Shown one piece after another: positions 9,769 through 22,283 of a stretch of DNA of 64,000 nucleotides (position 1 is its first letter; every line of letters starts with the position of its first letter). The notes beneath the pieces were generated by a model that did not search any database, had not been told where the DNA came from, and saw only the letters and a list, made by a program, of their open reading frames with translations. The position numbers and the translations under genes are program-made. The stretch spans positions 8,813-72,812 of the forward strand of contig JBJMKQ010000069.1 of assembly GCA_045805725.1 (NCBI GenBank), in the 5' to 3' direction. The stretch is from Solirubrobacterales bacterium (lineage in GTDB: Bacteria > Actinomycetota > Thermoleophilia > Solirubrobacterales > 70-9).

Positions 9769-10022
9769 GGCTTCTCCCCCGCGCTCCGCCGCTTCCGCGA
9801 CTCGCCGAGACGATCCTGCCGCGCCGCCTCGCGCTCGCGGCGGCGCGATTCGTCCGAGCGCACCCTCGCCCCCCGCGGCTGCCGCCCCGGCGGCGCCACC
9901 GTCGAGTAGAGCCGCCGCGCCTCCGCGGCGCCGCAGTCGGGGCAGGCGACCGCGGCCTCGGCCTCGGTCAACTCTTCGAACCGAGCCGCGCACTTCTCGC
10001 ACTCGAACTCGTAGATCGGCAT
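9765..10022 (-). CDS. FmdB-family zinc-ribbon protein
   Basis: Trimmed to ATG 10022. [18 protein letters not shown]...CPDCG is the typical CxxC...CxxC zinc ribbon, followed by a basic tail. Confidence 0.75.
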   Translation of the reverse strand: MPIYEFECEKCAARFEELTEAEAAVACPDCGAAEARRLYSTVAPPGRQPRGARVRSDESRRREREAARQDRLGESRKRRSAGEKP

Positions 10023-10115
10023 TTTCAGTGGTGAGTTCTTTTCACGGTTTTCTTGACACACCCCGCTCGGCGATGACAGCCTCTGACGGTCCATTCACCC
10101 AAAGGGGAGTCTCTC

Positions 10116-10454
10116 TTGAAGATTAAGTCTCTCGTCAGCGTGGTCTTCGCCGTGCTGGCACTCACCTGGGCGCTGGCGGTGCCGGCGATCGCGGCCGTCA
10201 AGCTTCCGGTCCAGACGGCGGCGAACAAGTCGTTCATCTTCGCCAAGCACACCTGCGCCCACGACAGCAGCTGCGTTCGCTACGGGGTAACCAACTGTCA
10301 CCGGCAGAGCCTCCACGTCGTGATCTGCCGGATCTTCGACGAACGCAGCACCGAAGCCCAGGGGCGCTACGACTGCAGCCGGGTGATCCGGGTCGCCCTG
10401 GACCCGGCCACCTACCGGATAGTGGTCACCGGCCAGGGCGACTGGCAGTGTTGA
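10116..10454 (+). CDS. small secreted Cys-rich protein, unknown function
   Basis: 112-aa ORF with TTG start preceded by AAAGGGGAG. Signal peptide [19 protein letters not shown]; 7 Cys. A TTGACA hexamer lies at 10053-10058. Confidence 0.55.
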   Translation: MKIKSLVSVVFAVLALTWALAVPAIAAVKLPVQTAANKSFIFAKHTCAHDSSCVRYGVTNCHRQSLHVVICRIFDERSTEAQGRYDCSRVIRVALDPATYRIVVTGQGDWQC

Positions 10455-10481
10455 GCCGGTAGCGCCGATTCCGAGGAGATA

Positions 10482-10507
10482 GGGAGCCGCTCAAGGCAGC
10501 GGCTCCC
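10482..10507. terminator. bidirectional stem-loop between convergent genes (overlaps the panB stop)
   Basis: GGGAGCCGCT (10482-10491) - CAAGGC - AGCGGCTCCC (10498-10507), a perfect 10-bp stem. Confidence 0.45.
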
Positions 10508-11429
10508 ACTCCCAGCCCTTGGCGCTGGCCAGGCTCTCCTCGCTGAGGTAGCGGCGGAACTCGTCCAGCTCGGCGGGCTCGACGCTGTAGACGTGGTCTG
10601 GTTCGGGGAAGTGGCGGCTGCGGACCTCGTCCCGGTAACGCTCGACCGCGGCGACCATCGTCTCGTGGACGTCGGCGTAGCGCTTGACGAACTTCGCCAT
10701 GTGGCCGGTGGTGATCCCCAGCAGGTCATGGAAGACGAGGACCTGGCCGGAGGTTCCGGGGCCGGCGCCGATCCCGATCGTCGGCACCTCGAGGCGCCCT
10801 GCGATCTCGTCGGTGATCGCCGAGGGGACGGCCTCGATCACGATCGCGAAGCAGCCGACCGACTGCAGCGCCAGCGAGTCCTCGAGCAGCTTGATCGCGC
10901 TCTTGGCGTTCTTGCCCTGGGCCTTATAGCCGCCGAGGGCGGTCGCCGTCTGCGGGGTGAGGCCGACGTGACCCATCACCGGGATGCCGGAGTTGACGAT
11001 TGCCCGCGCTCGCTCGGCGATGACGCCGCCTGCCTCGAGCTTGACCGCTTGGCAGCCGGTCTCCTTGATCAGGCGCTGGGCACTGCGGATCGCCTCCTCG
11101 TTGCTCGCCTCGTAGCTGCCCATCGGCATGTCGCCGACCATCAGCGGCGTCTTCAAGCCGCGGCGGACGGCTTTGCCGAGCATCACCATCTCGTCCATCG
11201 AGACCAGCTCGGTGCCGGAGTAGCCGAGGACGACGTTGGCCGCCGAGTCGCCGACGAGGACGACGTCGACGCCGGCGGCCTCGGCGACGGTCGCCGAGGG
11301 GTAGTCGTAGGCGGTGACCATCACGATCGGCTCGCCGTTGGCCTTCATCTCGGTGAGGCGGGGCAGGCTGACCGGCCGCCGCTCGCCGGCAGTATGCGGG
11401 GCGGTGTGGGAACGTCCTCCAGAGCTCAT
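10491..11429 (-). CDS. panB: 3-methyl-2-oxobutanoate hydroxymethyltransferase
   Basis: 312 aa. PIVMVTAYDYPSA...VLVGDS motifs; ATGA overlap with panD. Confidence 0.95.
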   Translation of the reverse strand: MSSGGRSHTAPHTAGERRPVSLPRLTEMKANGEPIVMVTAYDYPSATVAEAAGVDVVLVGDSAANVVLGYSGTELVSMDEMVMLGKAVRRGLKTPLMVGDMPMGSYEASNEEAIRSAQRLIKETGCQAVKLEAGGVIAERARAIVNSGIPVMGHVGLTPQTATALGGYKAQGKNAKSAIKLLEDSLALQSVGCFAIVIEAVPSAITDEIAGRLEVPTIGIGAGPGTSGQVLVFHDLLGITTGHMAKFVKRYADVHETMVAAVERYRDEVRSRHFPEPDHVYSVEPAELDEFRRYLSEESLASAKGWEWEPLP

Positions 11430-11806
11430 TTGAGAAGCACCTCCGGGTGGCTGTCGACGGCTATCGCTTTGTTGTCATCGTCGACGTGGACGACAACCGG
11501 GTCGTAGCGCTCCAAATCCGCCTCGTCGTAGGCGCCGAACGAGGCGACGATGATCTTGTCTCCGGGCTCAACCAGGTGGGCGGCGGCGCCGTTGACCTGC
11601 ATCGTCCCCGAGCCCGGCTCGCCGTCGATCACGTAGGTGACGAAGCGGGAGCCGTTGTCGACGTCCCAGACGTGGACCTGCTCGTTGGTGATCAGATCGG
11701 CGCCGGCCATCAGCTCGGTGTCGATGGTGATGCTGCCGATGTAGTCGACGTCGCAGTCGGTAACCGTCGCCCGGTGGATCTTCGACTTCAGCATCTGTCT
11801 CTGCAC
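11426..11806 (-). CDS. panD: aspartate 1-decarboxylase
   Basis: 126 aa, MLKSKIHRATVTDCDVDYIGSITID. Confidence 0.95.
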   Translation of the reverse strand: MQRQMLKSKIHRATVTDCDVDYIGSITIDTELMAGADLITNEQVHVWDVDNGSRFVTYVIDGEPGSGTMQVNGAAAHLVEPGDKIIVASFGAYDEADLERYDPVVVHVDDDNKAIAVDSHPEVLLK

Positions 11807-11824
11807 GGTCTCCCCTTTCGCGGG

Positions 11825-12748
11825 CTAGGTGTCGCTACCGGGATGCGGATGGATCAGGACGTTGTCGATCAGGCGAGCCGAGCCGACGCGGGCGGCGAGG
11901 GCGACTAGGACCGGCCGATCCTCGAGTACGCGCGCGCTCTCGAGCGTCTCCCCGTCGCGGGCCTCCAGGTACTCGGGCTCGATCCCGGCAGCCGCGAGCT
12001 CGCGCCGGGCGGCCTTGAGACCCACCTCCAGCGAGCCGGCGCGGGCGCCCCGCTCGGCGGCGGCGAGGGCGCGAGAGAGCGCCGTCGCCTGTTCGCGCTC
12101 CTCCGGCCCGAGGTAGGCGTTGCGGCTGCTCATCGCCAGGCCGTCTGCCTCGCGGATGGTCGGCAGCACCTCGATCCGCAGCGGGAAATCGAGGTCGCGG
12201 ACCATGCGGCGGATCACCAGCGCCTGCTGGGCGTCCTTCTGCCCGAAGTAGGCGACGTCGGGGCCGACGATGTTGAAGAGCTTGGCGACCACCGTGGCGA
12301 CGCCGCGAAAATGCTCGGGGCCGCGCCGCTGGGGGTCGCCGTCGAGAACGCTGGTGAGGGGACCGATGACCTCGACCTCGGTGGTGGGACCGCCCAGGCC
12401 GCCGGGGTAGACCTCCTCGACCGCGGGGGCGAAAACGAGGCCGGCGCCGGCCTCGCCGGCGAGGCGCAGGTCTCGCTCCTCGTCACGCGGATAGCGGTCG
12501 AGGTCCTCTCCCGCGCCGAACTGTGTCGGGTTGACGAAGAGGCTCAACACCACCAGGCCGCACTCGGCGCGGGCGGCCCGGATCAGCGAGAGGTGACCCT
12601 CGTGCAGGTAGCCCATCGTCGGCACCAGCCCGATCGTCTGGCCCCCGCGGCGGGCATCGGCAAGGGCGGCGCGAAGATCGGCCTTCGCGCGCAGGGCGGG
12701 GGCGGCCACGTTGGGACGAGGAGTATCAGCGAGGAGGTTCGAGTTCAT
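11825..12748 (-). CDS. panC: pantoate--beta-alanine ligase
   Basis: 307 aa, GLVPTMGYLHEGHLSLIRAA. Confidence 0.95.
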   Translation of the reverse strand: MNSNLLADTPRPNVAAPALRAKADLRAALADARRGGQTIGLVPTMGYLHEGHLSLIRAARAECGLVVLSLFVNPTQFGAGEDLDRYPRDEERDLRLAGEAGAGLVFAPAVEEVYPGGLGGPTTEVEVIGPLTSVLDGDPQRRGPEHFRGVATVVAKLFNIVGPDVAYFGQKDAQQALVIRRMVRDLDFPLRIEVLPTIREADGLAMSSRNAYLGPEEREQATALSRALAAAERGARAGSLEVGLKAARRELAAAGIEPEYLEARDGETLESARVLEDRPVLVALAARVGSARLIDNVLIHPHPGSDT

Positions 12749-12786
12749 GGGTCCATGCCCTGGGGGTCACGGCCGTGCAAGACAAA

Positions 12787-12792
12787 ATTATA
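12787..12792 (-). promoter_or_regulatory. possible -10 box for panCDB
   Basis: Perfect TATAAT on the minus strand 39 nt upstream of the panC ATG, in an otherwise GC-rich spacer. No well-spaced -35 (TTGTCA lies 22 nt away). Confidence 0.25.
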
Positions 12793-12837
12793 GGCACCCT
12801 TCGCAGCGCCTCTGTGACAAGCGCAACGGAAGGTCGC

Positions 12838-13431
12838 TCAGCCATCGGCAGGAGGCGCCTTCCGCTCGATCTTTCGGATCGCCCTTGCCGGCGCTCCCGC
12901 GGCGATCGTGCCGGCCTCCACATCGCGGTTGACCACCGAGTTGGCGCCGATCACGCAGCGCTCGCCGACCGCGACGCCGCTGGTCACCACGCAGTTGACG
13001 CCGAACCAGCAATTGGAGCCGATCTCCACCGGCCCCTTGGAGGTGAAGCCCTGCCAGGTGATCGGCTTGCTCGGGTCGTCGTAGCGGTGCTCGGCATCAC
13101 CGACGAAGCAGCCGTTGGCGAGCATCGTGTGGTCGCCGATCGCCACGCTCTCCTGGGCGGCGATCATCACGTTGCGGTTGAGGAAGCAGCCGGCACCGAT
13201 CTCGATCCGCGCCCCCGGCGCCAGCGTCAACCAGCAACCGGGCTCCAGCAGCGTCCCCTCGCCGATCTTGAGGCGGCCCTCGTCGAGCGCCTCCAGCACC
13301 TCGCCCTCAACCGGGTGGCGGACGAAGAAACCGCCGCATGCCGCGTGGCGGTCGATCCGCCACCGCCGCAGCAGCCGGTGGTTGCGCTCGTACCAGCGCC
13401 GCTTCGCCCACCACAGCCGCCATCCCCTCAT
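12838..13431 (-). CDS. hexapeptide-repeat (LbH) acetyltransferase, maltose/galactoside O-acetyltransferase-like
   Basis: Trimmed to ATG 13431. Left-handed beta-helix repeats: IGAGCFLNRNVMIAAQESVAIGDHTMLANGCFVGD...IGSNCWFGVNCVVTSGVAVGERCVIGANSVV. Confidence 0.8.
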   Translation of the reverse strand: MRGWRLWWAKRRWYERNHRLLRRWRIDRHAACGGFFVRHPVEGEVLEALDEGRLKIGEGTLLEPGCWLTLAPGARIEIGAGCFLNRNVMIAAQESVAIGDHTMLANGCFVGDAEHRYDDPSKPITWQGFTSKGPVEIGSNCWFGVNCVVTSGVAVGERCVIGANSVVNRDVEAGTIAAGAPARAIRKIERKAPPADG

Positions 13432-13504
13432 CTCGGCCACGTTTCTAGCTTTCCAGAGCGCGCGGGCATAGGGTCGGCCGGTAACCGGCCGAGGGAGACG
13501 AGCG

Positions 13505-13996
13505 ATGAGCAGATTCGAGATGAGCGACGAGCAGGCCGCCGAGTGGCGGCAGCAGCTGCGCGACCTGGTCGCCGCCGACGTCAACGGCGAAGAGCTGTTG
13601 AGCGCGGCCGCTTTCCGCCGCGGCGGGGCAACGGCGAGCATGGTTGCTTCGAAGGCGCAGCTCGGCGGGATCGTCTACGCGGGCATCAAGATGCTCAACA
13701 AGAAGAAAGCCGGCGGCCTGCCGGAGCGGGTGGTGCTGGCGGTAACCGCGGAGAAGCTCTACGCCTTCAAGCTCGGCTTCAAGGGCCGCTCCTACAAGAA
13801 CAGCGGCGAGGTCGGCGTCTGGGACCGCGCCGGCCTCAAGGTCTCGACCGCGCCGGCCTCCGGAATGACCGCGCTGACGATCGAGTCTCCCGCCGAGGGC
13901 GAGAAGGCAACCCTGGTCGGGATCGGCGTCAAGGACGACCCCGTCAGCCAGGAGTTGATGGGGGTGCTGCAGGGCTCGGCCCCCGCCGCCGGCTGA
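13505..13996 (+). CDS. hypothetical protein
   Basis: 163-aa ORF with normal composition, divergent from the acetyltransferase gene. No family recognised. Confidence 0.6.
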   Translation: MSRFEMSDEQAAEWRQQLRDLVAADVNGEELLSAAAFRRGGATASMVASKAQLGGIVYAGIKMLNKKKAGGLPERVVLAVTAEKLYAFKLGFKGRSYKNSGEVGVWDRAGLKVSTAPASGMTALTIESPAEGEKATLVGIGVKDDPVSQELMGVLQGSAPAAG

Positions 13997-13998
13997 AG

Positions 13999-14115
13999 AT
14001 GGCGATCCACAAGCAGCGCGGCGGTCGCTACTGGTACTACTGGCTGATCATCGTCGGAGGGAGCATTTTCGTGATTGCGTTTTACGCCAGCGACGGATTC
14101 GGCCTCTCCAGATGA
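13999..14115 (+). CDS. 38-aa single-pass membrane micro-protein (candidate)
   Basis: ATG 13999 lies 2 nt after the upstream TGA, and its stop overlaps the ROK kinase start (ATGA at 14112). Product is MAIHKQRGGRYWYYWLIIVGGSIFVIAFYASDGFGLSR, a basic N-terminus plus one hydrophobic helix. Confidence 0.4.
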   Translation: MAIHKQRGGRYWYYWLIIVGGSIFVIAFYASDGFGLSR

Positions 14116-15077
14116 GCGGTGACAGCCTGCGCGGCGGCATCGACCTCGGCGGGACGAAGATCCAGGCGGCGATCGTCGATGCCGGCGGCAAGGTCGCCGG
14201 CGAAGCGCGGCACCCGACTCCCACCGAGGGGGGCCCCGAGGACGTCGCCGCGGCGATGGCGGCGGCGCTGCGGGAGGCGGCTGAAGGCGCCGGGGTCGAG
14301 GCGAAACACCTGGCCGGGGTCGGGGTCGGGTCGCCCGGCGACGCGAACGAGCAAACCGGCGTGGTCTCCGCCGCTCGCAACCTGCCTGGCTGGCAGGGCA
14401 ACTTTCCGCTCGGCGAAAAGCTGAGCCAGGCGCTCGGCACGGAGGTCAGGGTCGGCAACGACGTTCAGGTCGCGACCGAAGCCGAGTTCCAGCTCGGCGC
14501 CGGCAAAGAGTTCGAGAGCCTGGTCGGGGTCTTCTGGGGCACCGGCGTCGGCGGCGGCCTCGTCCTCGACGGCAAGCCGTGGCTGGGACGCGGCGCCGCC
14601 GGGGAGATCGGCCACATGGTCATCAAGCGCGGCGGGGCCGAGTGCCCCTGCGGGCGCCGCGGCTGCATCGAGGCCTACGCGGGCCGCAAAGCGATGGAAG
14701 CCGAGGCCCGTCGCCGCCATGACGACGGCGAGAGGACCGACCTCTTCAAGCTGATGGAGAAGCACGACAAACCGCGGCTGACCAGCGGCATCTGGGAGCG
14801 CGCCCTCGACCACGAGGACAAGCTCGCCGAGGAGCTGGTCGAACGCGCGGTCAAGGCCCTCGGCACCGGGATTGCCTCGGCGATCAACCTGATCGACGTC
14901 GAGGCGGTGATCCTCGGCGGCGGGCTCGGCATCCGCTTCGGCGAACGCCTGATGGACCCCCTCATGGAGGAGATGGACAGGCACCTCTTCGTCAACGAAC
15001 GGCCGCCGGCGCTGCGTGTCGCCTCGCTCGGCGACCTCGGTGGCGCGATCGGCGCCAGCCTCCTCGTCTCCCGCTGA
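14112..15077 (+). CDS. ROK-family sugar kinase (glucokinase-like)
   Basis: 321 aa. GIDLGGTKIQAAIVD ATP-binding N-terminus and ROK zinc motif CPCGRRGCIEAYAG. Confidence 0.85.
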   Translation: MSGDSLRGGIDLGGTKIQAAIVDAGGKVAGEARHPTPTEGGPEDVAAAMAAALREAAEGAGVEAKHLAGVGVGSPGDANEQTGVVSAARNLPGWQGNFPLGEKLSQALGTEVRVGNDVQVATEAEFQLGAGKEFESLVGVFWGTGVGGGLVLDGKPWLGRGAAGEIGHMVIKRGGAECPCGRRGCIEAYAGRKAMEAEARRRHDDGERTDLFKLMEKHDKPRLTSGIWERALDHEDKLAEELVERAVKALGTGIASAINLIDVEAVILGGGLGIRFGERLMDPLMEEMDRHLFVNERPPALRVASLGDLGGAIGASLLVSR

Positions 15078-15084
15078 GGCGCTT

Positions 15085-16299
15085 CTAGACGCGGCCTGAA
15101 GTTTGGCGCTGCTGGCGGGCGATCGCGTCGACGAGGACGGCGAGCAGCAGCACGCCGCCCGTCACCATCAATTTCACCGCGGAGGAGAGCGAGAGCAGGT
15201 CCATCCCGTTGGAGATCGAGCCGATCACGAGGGCGCCGAGCAAGGCCGTCCAGACCGAGCCGCGACCGCCGAAGAGGCTGGTACCGGCTATCACCGGGCC
15301 GGCGATCGCGAGCAGCAGGAGTTCGTTGCCGCCGGAGTTCTGGTTGACCGCGAAGAGGCGCGAGGCGGCCATCACGCCGCCGATCGCGGCCATCGTGCCC
15401 GAGATCGTGAAGACCGCGACCCTGACCCCGTTGACGCGGATGCCAGCTCGCCGTGCCGCCTCGGCACTGCCGCCAACGGCGAAGACGTGGCGGCCGAAGG
15501 TGGTCTGCTTGGCGACGTACTCCATGCCGACCACGAAGGCGAGCAGGATCATCACCGCCAGCGGCACGCCGCGGTCGGAGTTGAGGATCGCGACGGCGGC
15601 GATCACGATCGCGGCGAGGAAGACGAAGCGGACGATCAACGGCAGCGCACCCCCCTCGCCGAGGCCGGCGGCCACCCGTTTCCGGTAGCTGATTGCGAGG
15701 GCCGCGCCATAAGCGGCGACGATCGCCACCGCGAAGATCCAGCCGACCGTGTCCGAGTAGAAGGTGTTGGCGAGGCCGGTGATCTTCGGGTCGTTGATGT
15801 TGAGCGATCCGGTCTTGCCGAGAACCTGCAGGAGCGCCCCTTCCCAGGCCAGCAGGCCGGCCAGGGTGACCACGAAGGAGGGCACGACGAAGCGGCTGAA
15901 GAGCGAGCCCTGCAGGCAGCCGATAGCCGCCCCGGTGGCGATCGCGGCGGCTATCGCCAGGTAGGCGTTCCAGCCGTGGTTGACGCTCAGCACCGCCATC
16001 ACCGCCGCCGAAAGACCGCTGACCGCACCAACCGAGAGGTCGATCTCGCCGAGCAGCAGGACGAAGACGATCCCGACCGAGATCAACCCGATCGTGGTGA
16101 TCTGCAGCATCAGGTTGGTCAGGTTCTGGGCCGAGAGGAAGCGGTCTTCCTGGACCTGGAAGATGATCGCGATCACGACCAGGCCGAGCACGACCCGCAC
16201 CGAAGAGAGGTCGCCCTGGGCGATGCGGCGCAGGGTCTGCCCGGTGGTCGGGCTGCGCTCGGCCGTCTCGTCGACGGTCGCTGCCTCGGCTGCGCTCAT
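15085..16299 (-). CDS. sugar ABC transporter permease (CUT2, XylH/FrcC-like)
   Basis: 404-aa polytopic ORF with the pattern typical of ribose/xylose-type permeases. Confidence 0.9.
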   Translation of the reverse strand: MSAAEAATVDETAERSPTTGQTLRRIAQGDLSSVRVVLGLVVIAIIFQVQEDRFLSAQNLTNLMLQITTIGLISVGIVFVLLLGEIDLSVGAVSGLSAAVMAVLSVNHGWNAYLAIAAAIATGAAIGCLQGSLFSRFVVPSFVVTLAGLLAWEGALLQVLGKTGSLNINDPKITGLANTFYSDTVGWIFAVAIVAAYGAALAISYRKRVAAGLGEGGALPLIVRFVFLAAIVIAAVAILNSDRGVPLAVMILLAFVVGMEYVAKQTTFGRHVFAVGGSAEAARRAGIRVNGVRVAVFTISGTMAAIGGVMAASRLFAVNQNSGGNELLLLAIAGPVIAGTSLFGGRGSVWTALLGALVIGSISNGMDLLSLSSAVKLMVTGGVLLLAVLVDAIARQQRQTSGRV

Positions 16300-17096
16300 G
16301 ACCTCTCCCCCCCCTCCGCCTGCTGATTGCCCTCGCGCCCCTCGCCGACGCCGGTGATCGCGCCGACCACGTGCTCCTCGGTGGCTTCGTCGGCTTTGAA
16401 CTCCCCGGCGGCGCGGCCGAGGCGGAGCACGAAGACCCGGTCGGCGACCGCGAAGACGTCGACCAGGTTGTGGCTGATCATCACGACCCCGAGGTTGCGC
16501 TCGCGCAGGCGCCGGATCAGCTCCAGCACCTGTTTGGTCTGCGGCACGCCGAGCGCCGCGGTCGGCTCGTCAAGCAGCACGACCTTCGGCTCGCCCAGCA
16601 GCGAGCGGGCGACTGCGACCTGCTGGCGCTGGCCGCCGGAGAGCGTCCCGACCTCGCTGCGCAGGCTCGGGATGGTCACCGCCAGGTTCGAGAGCAGGTC
16701 ACCGGTCTCGTGCTCCATCTTCACCTCGTTGAGCTGGCGCGAAACCTGCCCCGGTCCGGGCGAGACCTGCTCGCGGCCGAGGAAGAGGTTGGCGACGACG
16801 TCGAGGTTGTCGCAGAGCGCGAGGTCCTGGTAGACGGTCGCGATCCCCAGCGCCGTCGCGTCCTGCGGCCGGGAGATCCGCACCTCCCGGCCCTCGAAGC
16901 GGACGCTGCCGCTGTCGGGCGGGTTGATGCCGGCGATCGCCTTGACCAGCGTCGACTTGCCGGCGCCGTTGTCGCCGACCAACCCGACCACCTCGCCGGC
17001 GCTGACCGCGAAGTCGACCCGGTCCAGAGCCTGGACCGGGCCGAATCGCTTGCTTACTCCCTCCAGCTCGAGGAGCGGAGTGCCGGCCGCGGTCAT
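16296..17096 (-). CDS. sugar ABC transporter ATP-binding protein (single NBD)
   Basis: 266 aa. Walker A GDNGAGKST, signature LSGGQRQ, Walker B VVLLDEP. Confidence 0.9.
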   Translation of the reverse strand: MTAAGTPLLELEGVSKRFGPVQALDRVDFAVSAGEVVGLVGDNGAGKSTLVKAIAGINPPDSGSVRFEGREVRISRPQDATALGIATVYQDLALCDNLDVVANLFLGREQVSPGPGQVSRQLNEVKMEHETGDLLSNLAVTIPSLRSEVGTLSGGQRQQVAVARSLLGEPKVVLLDEPTAALGVPQTKQVLELIRRLRERNLGVVMISHNLVDVFAVADRVFVLRLGRAAGEFKADEATEEHVVGAITGVGEGREGNQQAEGGERS

Positions 17097-17097
17097 C

Positions 17098-18261
17098 TCA
17101 GCCTGAGATTCCCGCTTCTTTGCAGGCGGTCGCGTAGGGGCCGGTGCAGAGTTCGGAGGCGGAGACGAACCCGTCTTTGATCACGGTGTCCTTGATGTTG
17201 TCTTTCACCACCGCGACCGGTTCCAGAATCGCCGACGGAACTTCCGCCTTGCCGTTGTTGATTTCTTCGCTGACTTTCTGCTGCGGCAATTCTTCGCCGC
17301 TGGCGAGAGCGATCGCGAATTCGGCGGCGATTTCGGCCTGCGGCGGAATCGACTTGTAGATCGTCATGTACTGCTGGCCGGCGAGGATCCGCTGCAGGCC
17401 GGCGACGGTCGAGTCCTGACCGGTGACGGGGCGTTCTTCGGGGTTGATCCCGGCGCCTTTCAGCGCCGCGATCGCGCCGCCGCCGGTGTCGTCGTTGGCG
17501 GCATAGATGCCCCAGAAGCCGTCGTTGCCGAGGGCGGTGATCGCCTGCTGCGCCTCGCGCTGGGCGTTTTCGGCGCTCCAGCCCGGCGTGTCGTACTCCT
17601 TGGCGATTTCGACGCCGGCCTTTTCGAACCCTTTGTGCGCGCCTTTTTTGAATCCGGCGGCGTTGGGGTCGGCTGGGTCGCCGTTGATCATGATGATCGG
17701 GCCTTTGGCTTTGCCGTCTTCTTTCAGTTTTTTCGCCAGCGTTTCAGCCTGCAGTTCGCCGACCCGTTCGTTGTCGAAGGAGACGTAGGCGTCGACTTCG
17801 CTGTTTTCGATCAGGCGGTCGTAGCTGACCACAGGGACCCCCTGGGCGGCCGCCCGTTCGGCGATCGAGGCGGCAGATTTGGAATCCATCGGATCGAGGA
17901 CGAGGACTTCGGCGCCTTTGGTCAGCGCGGCTTCGCCCTGAGCCTGCTGCTTTTCGGCGTCGCCGCCGGCGTTGAAGTAGATGACTTCGCAGCCGGAGCA
18001 CTGTTCTTCGACCGATTTTTCGAAGTCGGGCTTGTCGTTGGTTTCGTAGCGGGGCGTTTCGTTTTCCGGGAGCAGGAGGGCGATCGTCGCGCTACCGCCG
18101 CCTCCGCCTCCACCACTGCCGCCGCCGGTGGTTTCGTCGCTACCGCCGCAGCCGGCTACCAAGAGACCGACCGCCAGCAGCGCGGAGCCGACCACTGCCA
18201 GCCGTCGCAACAACGCTGAATCAGACATGACCCTCCTCCTCGGGATTGGCACTTCCGCCAC
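17098..18261 (-). CDS. sugar ABC transporter substrate-binding lipoprotein (XylF-like)
   Basis: 387 aa. Lipobox LLVAGCGGS, Gly-rich linker and a periplasmic-binding-protein type I pattern. Confidence 0.85.
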   Translation of the reverse strand: MAEVPIPRRRVMSDSALLRRLAVVGSALLAVGLLVAGCGGSDETTGGGSGGGGGGGSATIALLLPENETPRYETNDKPDFEKSVEEQCSGCEVIYFNAGGDAEKQQAQGEAALTKGAEVLVLDPMDSKSAASIAERAAAQGVPVVSYDRLIENSEVDAYVSFDNERVGELQAETLAKKLKEDGKAKGPIIMINGDPADPNAAGFKKGAHKGFEKAGVEIAKEYDTPGWSAENAQREAQQAITALGNDGFWGIYAANDDTGGGAIAALKGAGINPEERPVTGQDSTVAGLQRILAGQQYMTIYKSIPPQAEIAAEFAIALASGEELPQQKVSEEINNGKAEVPSAILEPVAVVKDNIKDTVIKDGFVSASELCTGPYATACKEAGISG

Positions 18262-18356
18262 TACCCCCTCCCCCGGTTTTCATTCCCTTTCTTTTTCCCC
18301 GAGGTGCAGGGAAGACCCGAGCCGGGTCACCCGCGGCGCGGTGAAGCGGAGTGGTG

Positions 18357-21308
<2,952 letters not shown>

Positions 21309-21328
21309 TCACGTCGATTCTACGCAGA

Positions 21329-21342
21329 CGAACAGATGTTCC
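21329..21342. promoter_or_regulatory. LexA (SOS / Cheo-type) box upstream of uvrA
   Basis: CGAACAGATGTTCC, i.e. GAAC-N4-GTTC, 21 nt upstream of the uvrA GTG. Confidence 0.55.
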
Positions 21343-21393
21343 CCGGGCGCGCCGGCCCTTTTCACCGCTATGCGGGACAAAGGACCGGCGCGC

Positions 21394-22200
21394 TCAGCTG
21401 AGCGCGGCCGAGAGCCTGCGGCGGTAGGTGCGGCCGGTGGGGTCGGCGGGGTCGAGGTCGCTGAGGATGCCGACGACGGCGCGGCGAACGAGGTCGCGGA
21501 GCTCGTCTGGCTCGAGCCCCGGACCGGCTCCGTTGCCTCCCGCGGCCGCGTCGCCGGCTTCCCGTTCCCTTCCCGGCAGCTCGTCCAGCGCCTCGATCAG
21601 GCCGTCGAGCGCGGCCGCGAGGTCTCCGCGGTCAAGGGCGGCGAAGGCCTCGACGCCGAAGCCCGCCGCCGTCAGGCGGATGCGGGCGTCGATTCCGGCG
21701 GCGCCGAAATTCGAATGGTGCCCAGCGACCGCCGCGAGTGCCTGTCGCGGCGCCCCACGCGCCAGCTGCGTCTTGGCGAGGGCGACGGCGATGTCGGCCC
21801 GCTGCGGCTCCAGTTCCGCCGCCTCGCGCAGCGAGAGCTCGTCGCCGGCCTCGAGCAGCTCCTCCGCGCGCGAAGTCACGAACTTGTCGAAGAAGGCTTC
21901 GACCTGAGCCGACGGCAGCGCGCCGGTGAACTCGTCGACGACCTTGCCGTCGCGGAACGCCTTCACGGCCGGTATCCCCTGCACCTGGAAGAGGGCCGCC
22001 AGCCGTTGGTTGGCGTCGACGTCGACCGTGACCAGCTCGAGCTTCCCCGCTCGCGCCGCAGCCGCCGCCTCCAGGGCCGGGCTCAGCGCCTTGCACGGCC
22101 CACACCACTCAGCCCAGAAGTCGACCACCACCGGTAGCTCGCGAGAACGCTCCAGCACTAATCGATCAAAAGTTTCCTCACTGACAGACTCGGACACCAT
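21394..22200 (-). CDS. thioredoxin-domain co-chaperone (YbbN/CnoX-like)
   Basis: 268 aa. N-terminal thioredoxin fold with WAEWCGPCK, plus a helical TPR-like C-terminal half. Confidence 0.85.
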   Translation of the reverse strand: MVSESVSEETFDRLVLERSRELPVVVDFWAEWCGPCKALSPALEAAAAARAGKLELVTVDVDANQRLAALFQVQGIPAVKAFRDGKVVDEFTGALPSAQVEAFFDKFVTSRAEELLEAGDELSLREAAELEPQRADIAVALAKTQLARGAPRQALAAVAGHHSNFGAAGIDARIRLTAAGFGVEAFAALDRGDLAAALDGLIEALDELPGREREAGDAAAGGNGAGPGLEPDELRDLVRRAVVGILSDLDPADPTGRTYRRRLSAALS

Positions 22201-22283
22201 CCGAGCTTAGGTCGGCGGGAGTTTCGCGGTCAGCTTCGCGGACTCCCCGGGGGTGACAACTTCCGCAACTCCAACGCTCAGGA

